Positions 1 to 18,178 are shown, counted from the first letter of the stretch. The stretch is DNA of 64,000 nt from Planctomycetota bacterium (GCA_020638655.1 JACKIC010000011.1:40890-104889), one strand, 5' to 3'. Numbers and translations are program-made. The notes: generated from the sequence alone by a model not told the origin.

Positions 1-1916
1 TGCAGCGGGAGCTGGCCGCGGTCGCGGCCCTGGCCGACAAGCTCGGGCCGCGCGAGTCGCTGCCGCTCGGCGGCGCGCTCGAGGTGCGCTGGCTCGACGG
101 CTTCCTGCGCGGTGAGCACGCGCTGCAGTCCCGCGACCTGGCCGAGCTCAAGCGGTTGGTGCGCGCCGGGGAGCGCTGCCGCCTGTGGTTCGGCGCCGGC
201 GCGCTGCCGCTGCAGCAGTTCGCCGGCGCGGCGCCGCAGCTCGCCGACCTCGTCGAGGAGCTCGAGCAGATCGTCGACGACCGCGGTGAGGTCCTCGACT
301 CCGCGTCGCCCAAGCTCGCTGCGGCGCGGCGCGAGATCGAGCAGGCGCGGCTCGTGGTCGACACCACGGTGGTGCGCGTGCTCAGCAGCGCCGAGGTGCG
401 CAAGGTGCTGCAGTCGCCGGAGCCAGCGTGGCGCCACGGCCGGCCCGTGCTGCAGGTCAAGGCCGAGCTGCGCCACAAGGTCGCCGGCGTGATGCACGAC
501 CGCAGCGCCTCGGGCGCGACCGTGTTCGTCGAGCCCGAGGAGGTCGTCGACGCCGCCAACAAGCTGTCGGACCTGCAGGCCAGGGAGGCGCGCGAGATCC
601 AGGTGGTGCTCGTCGACGTGGCGCGCGCGCTGCAGCGGCTGGCGGAGCCGCTGCACGCGGCGGTCGATTTCGTCGCGGCGTCCGACCTGCTGCAGGCCAA
701 GGCGCGGCTCGTCGCCGAGGGCTACACCGTTCCCGAGGTCGGCGCCGAAGGGCCGCTGCGCCTCGCCGGCGGGCGGCACCCGCTGCTGCTGCGCGGGCCG
801 GCGCCCGAGCAGGTCGTGCCGCTGGAACTGTCGCTCGGAGATCCGCACCGCCTGTTGGTGGTCACGGGGCCCAACACCGGCGGCAAGACCGTGGTGCTCA
901 AGACCGTCGGCCTGCTGTCGCTGATGGCGCTCAGCGGCGTGCCGATTCCCGCGGCGGTGGGGGCGCAGGTGCCGTTCTTCGCGGCGGTGCAGGCCGACAT
1001 CGGCGACGAGCAGGGCATCTCGCAGAACCTGTCGACGTTCAGTTCGCACGTGCAGCGCATCGCCCGCTGCCTGCGTCAGGCCGGCGGGCGCGCGCTGATC
1101 CTGCTCGACGAGCTGGGTGCCGGCACCGATCCCGAGGAAGGCGGCGTGCTGGGTTATGCCGTGCTCGAGCAGCTGGTCGCGGCGCAGGCCTACGCGGTGG
1201 TCACCACGCATCTGGGGCGCCTCAAGGACTTCGCCTACCAGCACGACGGCGCCGAGAACGGCTGCATGGCCTTCGACGGCGCCTCGCTGCGGCCGCTCTA
1301 TCGCCTCGACGTCGGCATTCCGGGCAACAGCCACGCGCTCGACATCGCCGCGCGCGTCGGCATGCCCGAGCGCGTGGTCGCGCGCGCGCGCGAGCTGCTG
1401 GGGCCACGCGACCAGACCCTCGACCACGTGATCGAGCGCGTGCAGGTGGCGCGGCGCCAGGCCGAGGAGGACCGCAAACGCACCGCCGACATCAGCCGCA
1501 GCGTCGCGGCGCAGAAGGTCGAACTCGACGAACGCCTCGCCGGCGCCGTGCGCAAGGAGAACTGGCTGCAGGAAGAAGCCGACGGTGTCGTCGAGGCCGA
1601 GCTGCGCGCGGCCCAGGCGGCGCTGCAGCTGCCGCTGCAGGGGCTGCTCAGCGCCCCCGGCAAGCACGGCGAGAGCGCGCGGGCGCTGAAGACCGTCGTC
1701 GACGGGCTGCTCAAGAGCGCTGCGCTGCACCGGCGGCGCGTGCGCTTCTGCCACGGGCTCAAGAAGGGCGCGCAGGTGTTCCTGCCGCGTTGGCGGCGGT
1801 TGTGCGTCGTGCACAAGATCGACAAGGTGCGCGAGACGCTGACCGTCGACTACGGCAAGGTCCGCATGGAGGTGCCGTTCGAAGACGTCTCCTGGCTGCA
1901 GCCGCTCGGGGAATGA
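1..1916 (+). CDS. mutS2: MutS2-like ATPase, 5'-truncated by window edge; C-terminus lacks an Smr domain
   Basis: Frame 3 is open from nt 3 with no stop, so the gene starts upstream. Walker A 'GPNTGGKTVVLKT', Walker B 'LILLDELGAGTDPEEG' and 'STFSSH' are present. A coiled-coil is followed by the short tail 'VFLPRWRRLCVVHKIDKVRETLTVDYGKV'. Confidence 0.8.
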   Translation, partial: QRELAAVAALADKLGPRESLPLGGALEVRWLDGFLRGEHALQSRDLAELKRLVRAGERCRLWFGAGALPLQQFAGAAPQLADLVEELEQIVDDRGEVLDSASPKLAAARREIEQARLVVDTTVVRVLSSAEVRKVLQSPEPAWRHGRPVLQVKAELRHKVAGVMHDRSASGATVFVEPEEVVDAANKLSDLQAREAREIQVVLVDVARALQRLAEPLHAAVDFVAASDLLQAKARLVAEGYTVPEVGAEGPLRLAGGRHPLLLRGPAPEQVVPLELSLGDPHRLLVVTGPNTGGKTVVLKTVGLLSLMALSGVPIPAAVGAQVPFFAAVQADIGDEQGISQNLSTFSSHVQRIARCLRQAGGRALILLDELGAGTDPEEGGVLGYAVLEQLVAAQAYAVVTTHLGRLKDFAYQHDGAENGCMAFDGASLRPLYRLDVGIPGNSHALDIAARVGMPERVVARARELLGPRDQTLDHVIERVQVARRQAEEDRKRTADISRSVAAQKVELDERLAGAVRKENWLQEEADGVVEAELRAAQAALQLPLQGLLSAPGKHGESARALKTVVDGLLKSAALHRRRVRFCHGLKKGAQVFLPRWRRLCVVHKIDKVRETLTVDYGKVRMEVPFEDVSWLQPLGE

Positions 1917-2031
1917 GGCCGCGGCTTGCCGCGCCTGCCCAGGCCGGTAGCATCGCCCGGCCAGGCGCGCGCCTTCGCTCCGATGCCGTGTGCCCACGCG
2001 GCGCGAACGCGCGCCCTGCCGTGAGCCAGCC

Positions 2032-2436
2032 ATGCTCCCCTCCGTCCTCCTCGCCGACAACGACGCCGCCGTCAGCGGCCTGCTGGCCGAAGTGCTGCGT
2101 CGCTCCGGCGTCGAGGTCGAGCAGGTGTTCGACGGTGAGGCGGCGCGTCGGCGCGCCTCAGAGCGCGTGCCGGACGTGCTGGTCTGCGACCTGGACATGC
2201 CGAAGATGTCGGGCATCGACGTGCTCGAGGCCTTGCGCGATCAGCCGCGGCAGCCGCCGACGCTGGTGATCTCGGGCTATCTGGACGCGGCCATCGAGGC
2301 GCGGTTGGCGCAGCTGCCGTTCGTGCACACCGTGTTGCGCAAGCCCTTCGATCTGATGATGTTCGCCGGGCTGGTGCGCGAGTTGGCGAGCGCCGGCGGA
2401 GCCGGGCCGGCAGGCGAACGAGAGGCCTCGGCTTGA
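2032..2436 (+). CDS. single-domain CheY-like response-regulator receiver
   Basis: ATG at 2032 lies inside ORF 1990-2436. Receiver signatures are 'LLADND', phospho-acceptor context 'VLVCDLDMP', 'LVISGY' and 'LRKPFD'. There is no output domain. Confidence 0.75.
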   Translation: MLPSVLLADNDAAVSGLLAEVLRRSGVEVEQVFDGEAARRRASERVPDVLVCDLDMPKMSGIDVLEALRDQPRQPPTLVISGYLDAAIEARLAQLPFVHTVLRKPFDLMMFAGLVRELASAGGAGPAGEREASA

Positions 2437-3641
2437 GCGGATTCCTGCGCCGGCTGACCTTCCGCACCGCGGGGGAATCGCACGGGCCGATGGTGGTGGC
2501 GCTGCTCGAGGGCCTGCCGCGCGGCCTGCCGATCGACCTGGCGGCCGTCGACGCGACGCTGCGCCTGCGGCAGGGGGGCGCCGGCCGCGGCGGTCGGCAG
2601 CGCATCGAAGACGACCGCGTGCAGATCCTCGGCGGCGTGCGCCGCGGTCGCACCATCGGCTCGCCGCTGGCGCTCGCCGTCGCCAACCGCGACCACAGCA
2701 TCGACGATCTGCCGGAGCCCTCGCGCCCGCGCCCGGGGCACGGCGACCTGGCCGGGTGCTTCCACTGGCTGGACACGGACATCCGCTCGACCCTCGAGCG
2801 CGCTTCCGCGCGCGAGACCTGCGCGCGCGTCGCCGCCGGGGCGGTGTGCGCGCAGCTGCTGGGCCTCGCCGGCACCGAGGTGCTCGGGTACGTGCGCGCC
2901 GTGCACGCCGCGGTGCTGCCTGCGGACCGGCCCGGTGTCTCGTTCGGCCCGGGGGGGACACCGCTCGCGCAGTGGCGGGCCCGCCGCGATGGCACGCGCC
3001 TCTACACGCTCGACGCGGACGCCGACGCCGCGATGCTCGAGCGGGTGCAGGAGGCCGCGCGCAAGGAGGATACGGTCGGCGGTGTGGTCGAGGTCGCGGC
3101 CGCGGGGGTGGTGCCCGGGCTCGGCTCCTGCGTGCAGTGGGAGGAGAAGCTCGATGCGCGACTGGCGGCGGCCCTGATGTCGATCCCGGCGGTGAAGGGC
3201 GTGGAGGTCGGTGTCGGCTTCGGCGCCGCCGCCGCGTTCGGATCCCAGGTCCACGACCCGATCGGCGCCGAGCGCGGGGGCGCGGGCGGCGCCGTGTTCC
3301 AGCGCCCGTCGAACCGCGCCGGCGGCCTCGAGGCGGGCATGACCAACGGGCAGCCGCTGGTGCTGCGGGCGGCGATGAAGCCGATCTCGACCCTGCGCCA
3401 GCCGCTCGCCAGCGTGGACCTGAGCTCCGGTGCGCCCGCGCTCGCCGGCTACGAACGGTCGGACGTGTGCGCGGTGTCGGCGTGCGCGATCGTCGCCGAG
3501 GCGATGGTGGCGCTGGTGCTTGCCGACGCTCTGCTCGAGCGCATCGGCGGAGAGTCCGTCGGCGAACTGCAGTCCCGCCTGCAGGTGTTCCTCGCGGAGG
3601 CCCGGCGTCTGGGGGGCGGCGGCAGCGCGCCAACCCGCTGA
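2433..3641 (+). CDS. aroC: chorismate synthase
   Basis: TTG start overlaps the upstream stop (TTGA). Motifs 'FRTAGESHGP', 'GGAGRGGRQRIE' and 'YERSDVCAV', at 402 aa, are typical of AroC. Confidence 0.9.
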   Translation: MSGFLRRLTFRTAGESHGPMVVALLEGLPRGLPIDLAAVDATLRLRQGGAGRGGRQRIEDDRVQILGGVRRGRTIGSPLALAVANRDHSIDDLPEPSRPRPGHGDLAGCFHWLDTDIRSTLERASARETCARVAAGAVCAQLLGLAGTEVLGYVRAVHAAVLPADRPGVSFGPGGTPLAQWRARRDGTRLYTLDADADAAMLERVQEAARKEDTVGGVVEVAAAGVVPGLGSCVQWEEKLDARLAAALMSIPAVKGVEVGVGFGAAAAFGSQVHDPIGAERGGAGGAVFQRPSNRAGGLEAGMTNGQPLVLRAAMKPISTLRQPLASVDLSSGAPALAGYERSDVCAVSACAIVAEAMVALVLADALLERIGGESVGELQSRLQVFLAEARRLGGGGSAPTR

Positions 3642-3716
3642 ATGGGCCAGCGGGCCGCGGCCGCCGGGCGATCGTCGGCGGCGGGCGATCGCGCCAAAAA
3701 AAGGCCACCGCCGACC

Positions 3717-3744
3717 TTGAACTGCCTTCGGCCGTCGGTATCTT
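3717..3744 (+). promoter_or_regulatory. candidate sigma70-type promoter for the tRNA-tuf operon
   Basis: TTGAAC (3717-3722), a 16-nt spacer and TATCTT (3739-3744) lie about 29 nt upstream of the first tRNA. An A7 tract at 3696-3702, unusual in this GC-rich DNA, could act as an UP element. Confidence 0.3.
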
Positions 3745-3772
3745 CCTTCGGCCTTTCCCTAGCAGTTAGCCC

Positions 3773-3848
3773 GCTAGCGTAGCTCAACTGGTAGAGCACC
3801 TGATTTGTAATCTGGAGGTTGTGGGTTCGATTCCCATCGCTAGCTCCA
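3773..3848 (+). tRNA. tRNA-Thr (anticodon TGT)
   Basis: Hand-folded cloverleaf: acceptor GCTAGCG/CGCTAGC, D stem GCTC/GAGC, anticodon loop TTTGTAA, T arm GTGGG-TTCGATT-CCCAT, encoded CCA. Confidence 0.9.
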
Positions 3849-3959
3849 GACCGTCAGGTGATCGGCCGGTTGCTCGCGGGGTGAGCGGTTCCACCAGCCG
3901 GTGGGGCCGACCACCGGTTGGCGCGCGGCTCGGGGAAGGACGCACGGACGTGCAACGTC

Positions 3960-4044
3960 GGGCGGATACCAAAGCGGCCAAATGGACCAGACTGTAAATC
4001 TGGCGGCTCAGCCTTCGCAGGTTCGAATCCTGCTCCGCCCACCA
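3960..4044 (+). tRNA. tRNA-Tyr (anticodon GTA), class II with long variable arm
   Basis: Acceptor GGGCGGA/TCCGCCC, anticodon stem-loop CCAGA-CTGTAAA-TCTGG, long variable arm, T arm GCAGG-TTCGAAT-CCTGC, encoded CCA. Confidence 0.9.
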
Positions 4045-4133
4045 GTCTTCCATCTGCCGACGCGGCCAGCCGCCGAGGTCGATGGATCTTCTGGATGACG
4101 TGGACGTCGTGCGCTCGGTTGGATAGTCAGTTC

Positions 4134-4192
4134 TTCGAAGTTCAGTGGGCTTCGAAGTCAGTCGGTTCGAAGTCAGTCGGTTCGAAATCGCC
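4134..4192. repeat. about 15-bp tandem repeat in the tRNA-Tyr/tRNA-Gly spacer
   Basis: 'ttcgaagtcagtcgg' occurs at 4151-4165 and 4166-4180, flanked by diverged copies 'ttcgaagttcagtgggc' and 'ttcgaaatcgcc'. Confidence 0.85.
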
Positions 4193-4235
4193 TTCTTCTG
4201 GTGGCCATCCTCTCGAGGGTGCTCAACAGAGGGAT

Positions 4236-4309
4236 GCGGGTGTAGCTCAAAGGTAGAGCTCCAGCCTTCCAAGCTGGCTGTGAGGGTTCGATTCCCTCCA
4301 CCCGCTCCA
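4236..4309 (+). tRNA. tRNA-Gly (anticodon TCC)
   Basis: Acceptor GCGGGTG/CACCCGC, anticodon stem-loop CCAGC-CTTCCAA-GCTGG, T arm GAGGG-TTCGATT-CCCTC, encoded CCA. Confidence 0.9.
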
Positions 4310-4369
4310 ATTTCGTCGCCGTCGTTCGCGCCCGCTGCACGTAGCCTCGCTCTTTCTCCGTTTGCGTCT

Positions 4370-4444
4370 GCTGCCATAGCTCAGTGGTAGAGCACCTCCT
4401 TGGTAAGGAGGAGGTCGTGGGTTCAAGTCCCACTGGCAGCTCCA
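4370..4444 (+). tRNA. tRNA-Thr (anticodon GGT)
   Basis: Acceptor GCTGCCA/TGGCAGC, anticodon stem-loop CCTCC-TTGGTAA-GGAGG, T arm GTGGG-TTCAAGT-CCCAC, encoded CCA. Confidence 0.9.
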
Positions 4445-4559
4445 TCTTCAGCATCCATCCCCATCGTCGTTCGCGTCCCGGCCATCCTTCCGGTCGCGGG
4501 CGACAGTTGATCATCCCTTTCAGTGTTGGCGGGCCGCGCGGCCCCCGAGTTCGAGACCC

Positions 4560-5762
<1,203 letters not shown>

Positions 5763-5922
5763 TCCTCGAGGTGGGAGGGCCCGCTGAGGCGAGTCCTCCC
5801 GCCAGCAGAATTCGCCGCGTCGAGAGGGGGGTTCGCTCAACTCTGGCAGCCGCAGCAATGCGGTGTCGACTCGTCGCTCGCTGGAGTCCACGGCCGATGG
5901 CCGGAGACCCGACGGGCAACAC

Positions 5923-5998
5923 AGGGCAGTAGCTCAATTGGTAGAGCTGTCGATTCCAAATCGACCGGTTGTGGGTTCAAGTCCTTCCTGCCCTGCCA
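5923..5998 (+). tRNA. tRNA-Trp (anticodon CCA)
   Basis: Acceptor AGGGCAG/CTGCCCT, D stem GCTC/GAGC, anticodon stem-loop GTCGA-TTCCAAA-TCGAC, encoded CCA. The T stem GTGGG/CCTTC has one T-T and one G-T pair. The position between tuf and secE is classic. Confidence 0.85.
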
Positions 5999-6270
5999 AC
6001 TTCATGGCGTCGTCGCCCCGCGGTTCCCATGCACGGTTTCCTCGGGGTGGGTGCCATGGCGCCGGGCCTTGGTGGCTGGCCGGGCCGCTTCCCGCGCCGC
6101 GGGTGCACGCGAGGCGTTGCGGCGGCGAGGCAACGCCCCCTGCAAGGCAATCCAAGGCAAATGCTGGGCACGCGGGTGCCCGTGTGTAGAATGCTCGCCC
6201 TCGATTCGGCCCGAACCGTCGCGACTTCCGCGGCGCCGGGCACCCGTTTGATGCAAGATCGGAGACCACT

Positions 6271-6708
6271 GTGAGCTATCGCAAGGACCAAGGACGCTAC
6301 GCGCGCATGCTCGCCTTCTGGGGCCTGACGCTGCTCGTCATGTACGGCTGCTTCTACAGCGGCGGGTTGGTCAGCGTCCTGGACCGGTGGCTCGGCGACG
6401 CCAACACCACCTACGTCGATCCGTTCCCGCTGCTCGGCAAGCTCAAGACCTCGAGCTTGATCGCCCTCGGCGTGCTGGTCGCGGTCGCGTTCGGTTTCCA
6501 CCTGATCATGGCGCGACCCAAGGTCGCCGACGCCCTGGTCGAGACCGAGAACGAGATGCGCAAGGTCACCTGGCCGACCTGGGGCGAAGCCTGGCAGGGC
6601 ACGATGGCCGTCACCGCGATGGTGGTGGTGTTGTTCCTGTTCCTGACCGGCGTCGACCTGATGCTGATCACGGTGATGGAGATGCTGATGCCGGGAGGCA
6701 AAGGCTGA
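6271..6708 (+). CDS. secE: preprotein translocase subunit SecE (multi-TM form)
   Basis: GTG start. The C-terminal 'ETENEMRKVTWPTWGEAWQGTMAVTAMVVVLFLFL' matches the SecE core helix. Hydrophobic N-terminal segments are present, and it lies immediately upstream of nusG. Confidence 0.8.
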   Translation: MSYRKDQGRYARMLAFWGLTLLVMYGCFYSGGLVSVLDRWLGDANTTYVDPFPLLGKLKTSSLIALGVLVAVAFGFHLIMARPKVADALVETENEMRKVTWPTWGEAWQGTMAVTAMVVVLFLFLTGVDLMLITVMEMLMPGGKG

Positions 6709-7238
6709 TGGCGCTGCAGTGGTACTTCCTCCGGGTCCAGGTCGGTCGTGAAGACCGGATCCGCGAGAGCATGGTGCGCCGGCTGAAGCAGGCTGGCATC
6801 GAGAGCCTGGTGCCGCAGATCGTGGTGCCGGTGGAGATCATCGCCGACCATCGCCAGGGCAAGAAGGTCGTCAAGCGCCGCAAGCTCTACCCCGGCTATC
6901 TGATGGTCGAGATGGACCTTTCGGACGACGTCTGGTTCGTGCTGCGCGAGACGCCGGGCTTCGGCGACTTCGTCGGCGGCCACACCCAGCCGACTCCGGC
7001 GGCGTCCGAGGACGTCGAGAAGGTGCTCGCGAGCATGGATGCGAGCAAGGAGCAGCCGAAGGTCGCGGTCACCTTCAAGAAGGGGGACCGGGTCAAGATC
7101 AAGACCGGCGCCTTCGAGAACACCGACGCCACGGTGGAAGAGGTGCACGCCGACAAGGGCACGCTCGACGTCAGCGTCAACTTCTTCGGCCGGCCGACGC
7201 CGATGTCGCTCGGCTACTGGGAAGTCGAGCTGATCTGA
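6708..7238 (+). CDS. nusG: transcription termination/antitermination factor NusG
   Basis: The ATG overlaps the secE stop by 1 nt (TGATG). NGN start 'WYFLRVQVGREDRI', 'YPGYLMV' and the KOW segment 'FKKGDRVKIKTGAFENTDATVEEV' are present. Confidence 0.92.
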   Translation: MALQWYFLRVQVGREDRIRESMVRRLKQAGIESLVPQIVVPVEIIADHRQGKKVVKRRKLYPGYLMVEMDLSDDVWFVLRETPGFGDFVGGHTQPTPAASEDVEKVLASMDASKEQPKVAVTFKKGDRVKIKTGAFENTDATVEEVHADKGTLDVSVNFFGRPTPMSLGYWEVELI

Positions 7239-7288
7239 GCCCGGTGATCTGAGCCCGGTGATCTGGGCCCGGCTGATCTGGGCCCGGC
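7231..7288. repeat. 14-15-bp tandem repeat (4 units) that includes the nusG stop codon
   Basis: Units are 'tgatctgagcccgg' x2 (7231-7258) then 'tgatctgggcccggc' x2 (7259-7288). Unit 1 contains the last nusG codons and TGA. Confidence 0.9.
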
Positions 7289-7309
7289 GGGGGAGGCCGC
7301 CTCTCCCGC
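7287..7309 (+). terminator. GC-rich hairpin after nusG (possible attenuator or terminator, no U-tract)
   Basis: 10-bp stem gcgggggagg/cctctcccgc (one G-U pair) with a 3-nt loop. No T run follows. Confidence 0.3.
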
Positions 7310-7395
7310 ACCCGCTGCGGCGTCCCGCCGCATCTCCGCACGCGGCGCCCGTGGGCTGGAGTCGCCGGATTTTGCGGAAGTTGCAGCTTGCCCCG

Positions 7396-7424
7396 TTGAC
7401 AGTGAGTGGCCGTTCTGGTTCACT
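7396..7424 (+). promoter_or_regulatory. candidate promoter for rplKA
   Basis: Exact TTGACA (7396-7401), a 17-nt spacer and TTCACT (7419-7424) lie about 135 nt upstream of rplK. Confidence 0.3.
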
Positions 7425-7557
7425 CTTCGCCCCCCTTTCCCGAACGGAATCGCTCCGATCGGATCCTCGAGATCGCTGATCCCCAGCCCCCGAGGACTCT
7501 TCATGTGGGAGGGTGTCGGCGTCCGTCGGCATCCGTCAGCACCGCAGAGAGAACGAC

Positions 7558-7983
7558 ATGGCCAAGGAAGTAACCGCTCAGATCAAGTTGCAGTGCCCGG
7601 CAGGGCAGGCGACGCCGGCGCCCCCCGTGGGCCCCGCGCTCGGCCAGCACGGTGTCAACATCGGACTGTTCGTCAAGCAGTTCAACGACGAGACCCGCGC
7701 GCAGGCCGGTTTGATCATCCCGGTGATCGTTTCGGTCTACAAGGACCGCACCTTCACCCTCGCCTACAAGTCTCCGCCCGCTTCGGTGTTGCTGAAGAAG
7801 GCGGCGAAGATCGCCACGGCAGCCCAGACGCCTGGCAGTCAGATCGCCGGTGAGGTCACGCGCGCGCAGGTTCGCGAGATCGCCCAGATGAAGATCAAGG
7901 ACTTGAACGCGGTGGATGAAGCAGCGGCGATGCGCATGGTGGAAGGCACCGCGCGCTCGTGTGGCATCAAGGTCGTCGATTGA
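7558..7983 (+). CDS. rplK: 50S ribosomal protein L11
   Basis: ATG at 7558 lies inside ORF 7513-7983. '[27 protein letters not shown]' is the L11 signature. Confidence 0.95.
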   Translation: MAKEVTAQIKLQCPAGQATPAPPVGPALGQHGVNIGLFVKQFNDETRAQAGLIIPVIVSVYKDRTFTLAYKSPPASVLLKKAAKIATAAQTPGSQIAGEVTRAQVREIAQMKIKDLNAVDEAAAMRMVEGTARSCGIKVVD

Positions 7984-8072
7984 GATTCGTCGGTCGACGC
8001 TGAGTGCCGCGGGCGCCGTGCGCCCCGTCGGACACCGGATCGTCGCCCCGACACCAGCAATTAGGAGCATTC

Positions 8073-8759
8073 ATGGCACGCAAGCGCAGCCGTCGCTACC
8101 AGAAGGTCGCCGCCAAGGTCGACCGCACCAAGCGCTACGCCTTGACGGAAGGTCTGGCGCTGATCAAGTCTCTCCAAGGCCCCAAGTTCGACGAAGCCGT
8201 CGATCTGGTCGTTCGCATCGGTATCGACGCGAAGAAGACGGACCAGCTGGTCCGCGGCTCGGTCAGTCTCCCCAAGGGCACGGGCAAGTCCGTGCGGATC
8301 GCCGTGTTCGCCGAAGGCGAGAAGGCGGCCGCGGCGCTCGAGGCCGGGGCTGACTTCGTCGGCGCGGCCGACCTCGCCGACAAGATCGAGAAGGGCTTCA
8401 CCGACTTCGACATGACCATCGCGTCGCCCGACATGATGCGTTTCGTCGGCAAGCTCGGTAAGGTCCTCGGCCCGCAGGGCAAGATGCCCTCGCCCAAGGC
8501 CGGCACGGTCACCCCGAACGTCGCCGACGCCGTGCGCGAGTTCAAGGCCGGCAAGATCGAGTTCCGCACCGACGCGGGCGCCAACGTGCACGCCGCCGTC
8601 GGCAAGAAGTCGTTCGGCGCCGAGGACCTCGCCGCCAACATCACCGCCTTCGTCGACCACCTGCGCACCCTGCGTCCGTCGCAGGCCAAGGGCGCGTTCA
8701 TCCGCAAGGTCGTCGTTTCCACCTCGATGGGCCCGGGCGTGACCCTGGCGGTCGACTAA
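8073..8759 (+). CDS. rplA: 50S ribosomal protein L1
   Basis: ATG at 8073 is preceded by AGGAG (8063-8067). 'FDEAVDLVVRIGIDAKK', 'VRGSVSLPKGTGK' and 'GKMPSPKAGTVT' are present. Confidence 0.95.
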   Translation: MARKRSRRYQKVAAKVDRTKRYALTEGLALIKSLQGPKFDEAVDLVVRIGIDAKKTDQLVRGSVSLPKGTGKSVRIAVFAEGEKAAAALEAGADFVGAADLADKIEKGFTDFDMTIASPDMMRFVGKLGKVLGPQGKMPSPKAGTVTPNVADAVREFKAGKIEFRTDAGANVHAAVGKKSFGAEDLAANITAFVDHLRTLRPSQAKGAFIRKVVVSTSMGPGVTLAVD

Positions 8760-8770
8760 GGAGCTCTGTC

Positions 8771-9298
8771 ATGCCGAACCTGGTCAACAACATCCTCCTC
8801 GACGAGCTGCAGAAGGAGTTCCAGAACATGGGCTCCTGCGTGGTCGTCGAGTACGGCAACGTTCAGCCCAAGCAGGACATCGAGATCCGCACCAAGCTGC
8901 GGGAAGCCGGCGTCCGTTACCGCGTCGTCCGCCGCCGCCTGGCCCAGAAGGCCTTCGCGAACCTCGACCTCGACATGGGCGATGCCCTGCTGGGTCGCTG
9001 CGCCATCGCGATCGCCGACAAGGAAGGCGCGATCCACGCCGCCAAGATCCTCCGCGAGTGGATCAAGGCCACCAAGGACGCGCCGCTGCAGATCAAGGGT
9101 GGCATCGTCGAGGGGCAGGCCTACCTGGGCAGCGCCGCCGACGTGATCGCCGATCTCCCCGATCGCAACACCGTCAACACCCAGATCGTCTCGGCGATCA
9201 GCGGCCCGGCCCGATCGATCGCCTCGATCCTCAGCGCCGTGGCCGGCGGCCTGGCGCGCTGCATCCAGGCGCGCGTCGACAAGGGGTCGCCCGAGTAG
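8771..9298 (+). CDS. rplJ: 50S ribosomal protein L10
   Basis: 175 aa between rplA and rplL. 'RTKLREAGVRYRVVRRRLAQKA' is an L10-like region. Confidence 0.9.
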   Translation: MPNLVNNILLDELQKEFQNMGSCVVVEYGNVQPKQDIEIRTKLREAGVRYRVVRRRLAQKAFANLDLDMGDALLGRCAIAIADKEGAIHAAKILREWIKATKDAPLQIKGGIVEGQAYLGSAADVIADLPDRNTVNTQIVSAISGPARSIASILSAVAGGLARCIQARVDKGSPE

Positions 9299-9400
9299 CG
9301 GCGGCCGGTGCGCACTGCCTGGTGCGCAAGCTGATTCAAACTAGCCAATTACGGCGTCTCTTACCCAAAGCATTCCAGAATACCGGAGGTTGTAGCCATC

Positions 9401-9805
9401 ATGTCGGAAGCTGAAAACGTGGTCCTCGATGCTGATCTCGAGGAAATCTTCACCAAGATCGACGGCCTGAGCCTGGGCAAGGCTGCCCAGCTCGTCAAGG
9501 CCATGGAAGCTCGCTGGGGTGTCTCGGCGGCGGCTCCGGTCGCGGTTGCTGCTGCGGCCCCGGCCGCCGGCGGCGCTGCCGCTGCTGAGGAGCAGACCGA
9601 GTTCACCGTCATCCTCAAGGAAGGCGGCGCGCAGAAGATCAACGTCATCAAGGTCGTGCGTGAGATCACCGGCCTGGGCCTCAAGGAGGCCAAGGCGCTG
9701 GTCGACGAGGCTCCCAAGCCTGTCAAGGAAGGTGTGAGCAAGGACGAGGCAGCCGAGCTGCAGAAGAAGCTGACCGAGGCTGGTGCCACGGTCGAGCTCA
9801 AGTAG
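9401..9805 (+). CDS. rplL: 50S ribosomal protein L7/L12
   Basis: Ala-rich hinge followed by '[56 protein letters not shown]'. Confidence 0.95.
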   Translation: MSEAENVVLDADLEEIFTKIDGLSLGKAAQLVKAMEARWGVSAAAPVAVAAAAPAAGGAAAAEEQTEFTVILKEGGAQKINVIKVVREITGLGLKEAKALVDEAPKPVKEGVSKDEAAELQKKLTEAGATVELK

Positions 9806-9838
9806 TGGGTCGCCCGTCCGCGCGCGCGCCGGGGCCTT

Positions 9839-9861
9839 GGGACCTTGGGTCCGAAGGTCCC
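9839..9861 (+). terminator. hairpin between rplL and rpoB (candidate attenuator)
   Basis: 8-bp stem gggacctt/aaggtccc with a 7-nt loop, 34 nt after the rplL stop. An attenuator at this position is known in E. coli. There is no clear U-tract here. Confidence 0.4.
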
Positions 9862-10035
9862 GGTTGCGCACCCAGTCACAACCTTCTCGCTGCCCGGCGA
9901 CTCCTTCGCGATTTGCGTTGCGGATGAGTGGCTCGGGTCTGTACTCTTGCACCGCTGCCGGTTCGGTTTTTGCATGGCCCACGGTTCTCACCTAGTGTGA
10001 GCTTCGTGCGCGTGCATTCGTCGACCACAGGCAGC

Positions 10036-10065
10036 GTCCCGGTTTGCAAAGTCCCGGTTTGCAAA
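10036..10065. repeat. 15-bp perfect tandem duplication in the rpoB leader
   Basis: 'gtcccggtttgcaaa' occurs twice, at 10036-10050 and 10051-10065. Confidence 0.9.
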
Positions 10066-10120
10066 GCACAGTCGGATCGAAAAGCGCTGGGCCCGGACGC
10101 GGGCCCTCAGGTGGAACCGC

Positions 10121-13831
<3,711 letters not shown>

Positions 13832-13963
13832 TCGCCCGCGCGGTCTGCCGAAGCGCTCGTCGCGCAACTCAACCGTTTACCAGTCAGCATCTCACCTCTC
13901 GCAAACTGTCGTCCCGCGCCGTGAACACGGCGCGCCCGACGAGCAACTACAAGGCGGCGCACG

Positions 13964-18178
<4,215 letters not shown>

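Noticed and set aside
3449-4390. ORFs crossing the tRNA cluster (for example 3449-3799 minus, 3784-4377 minus, 3918-4256 plus).
   Set aside because: They overlap four well-folded tRNA genes. Peptides such as 'MLYQLSYASGL' are the familiar translation artefacts of tRNA sequence.
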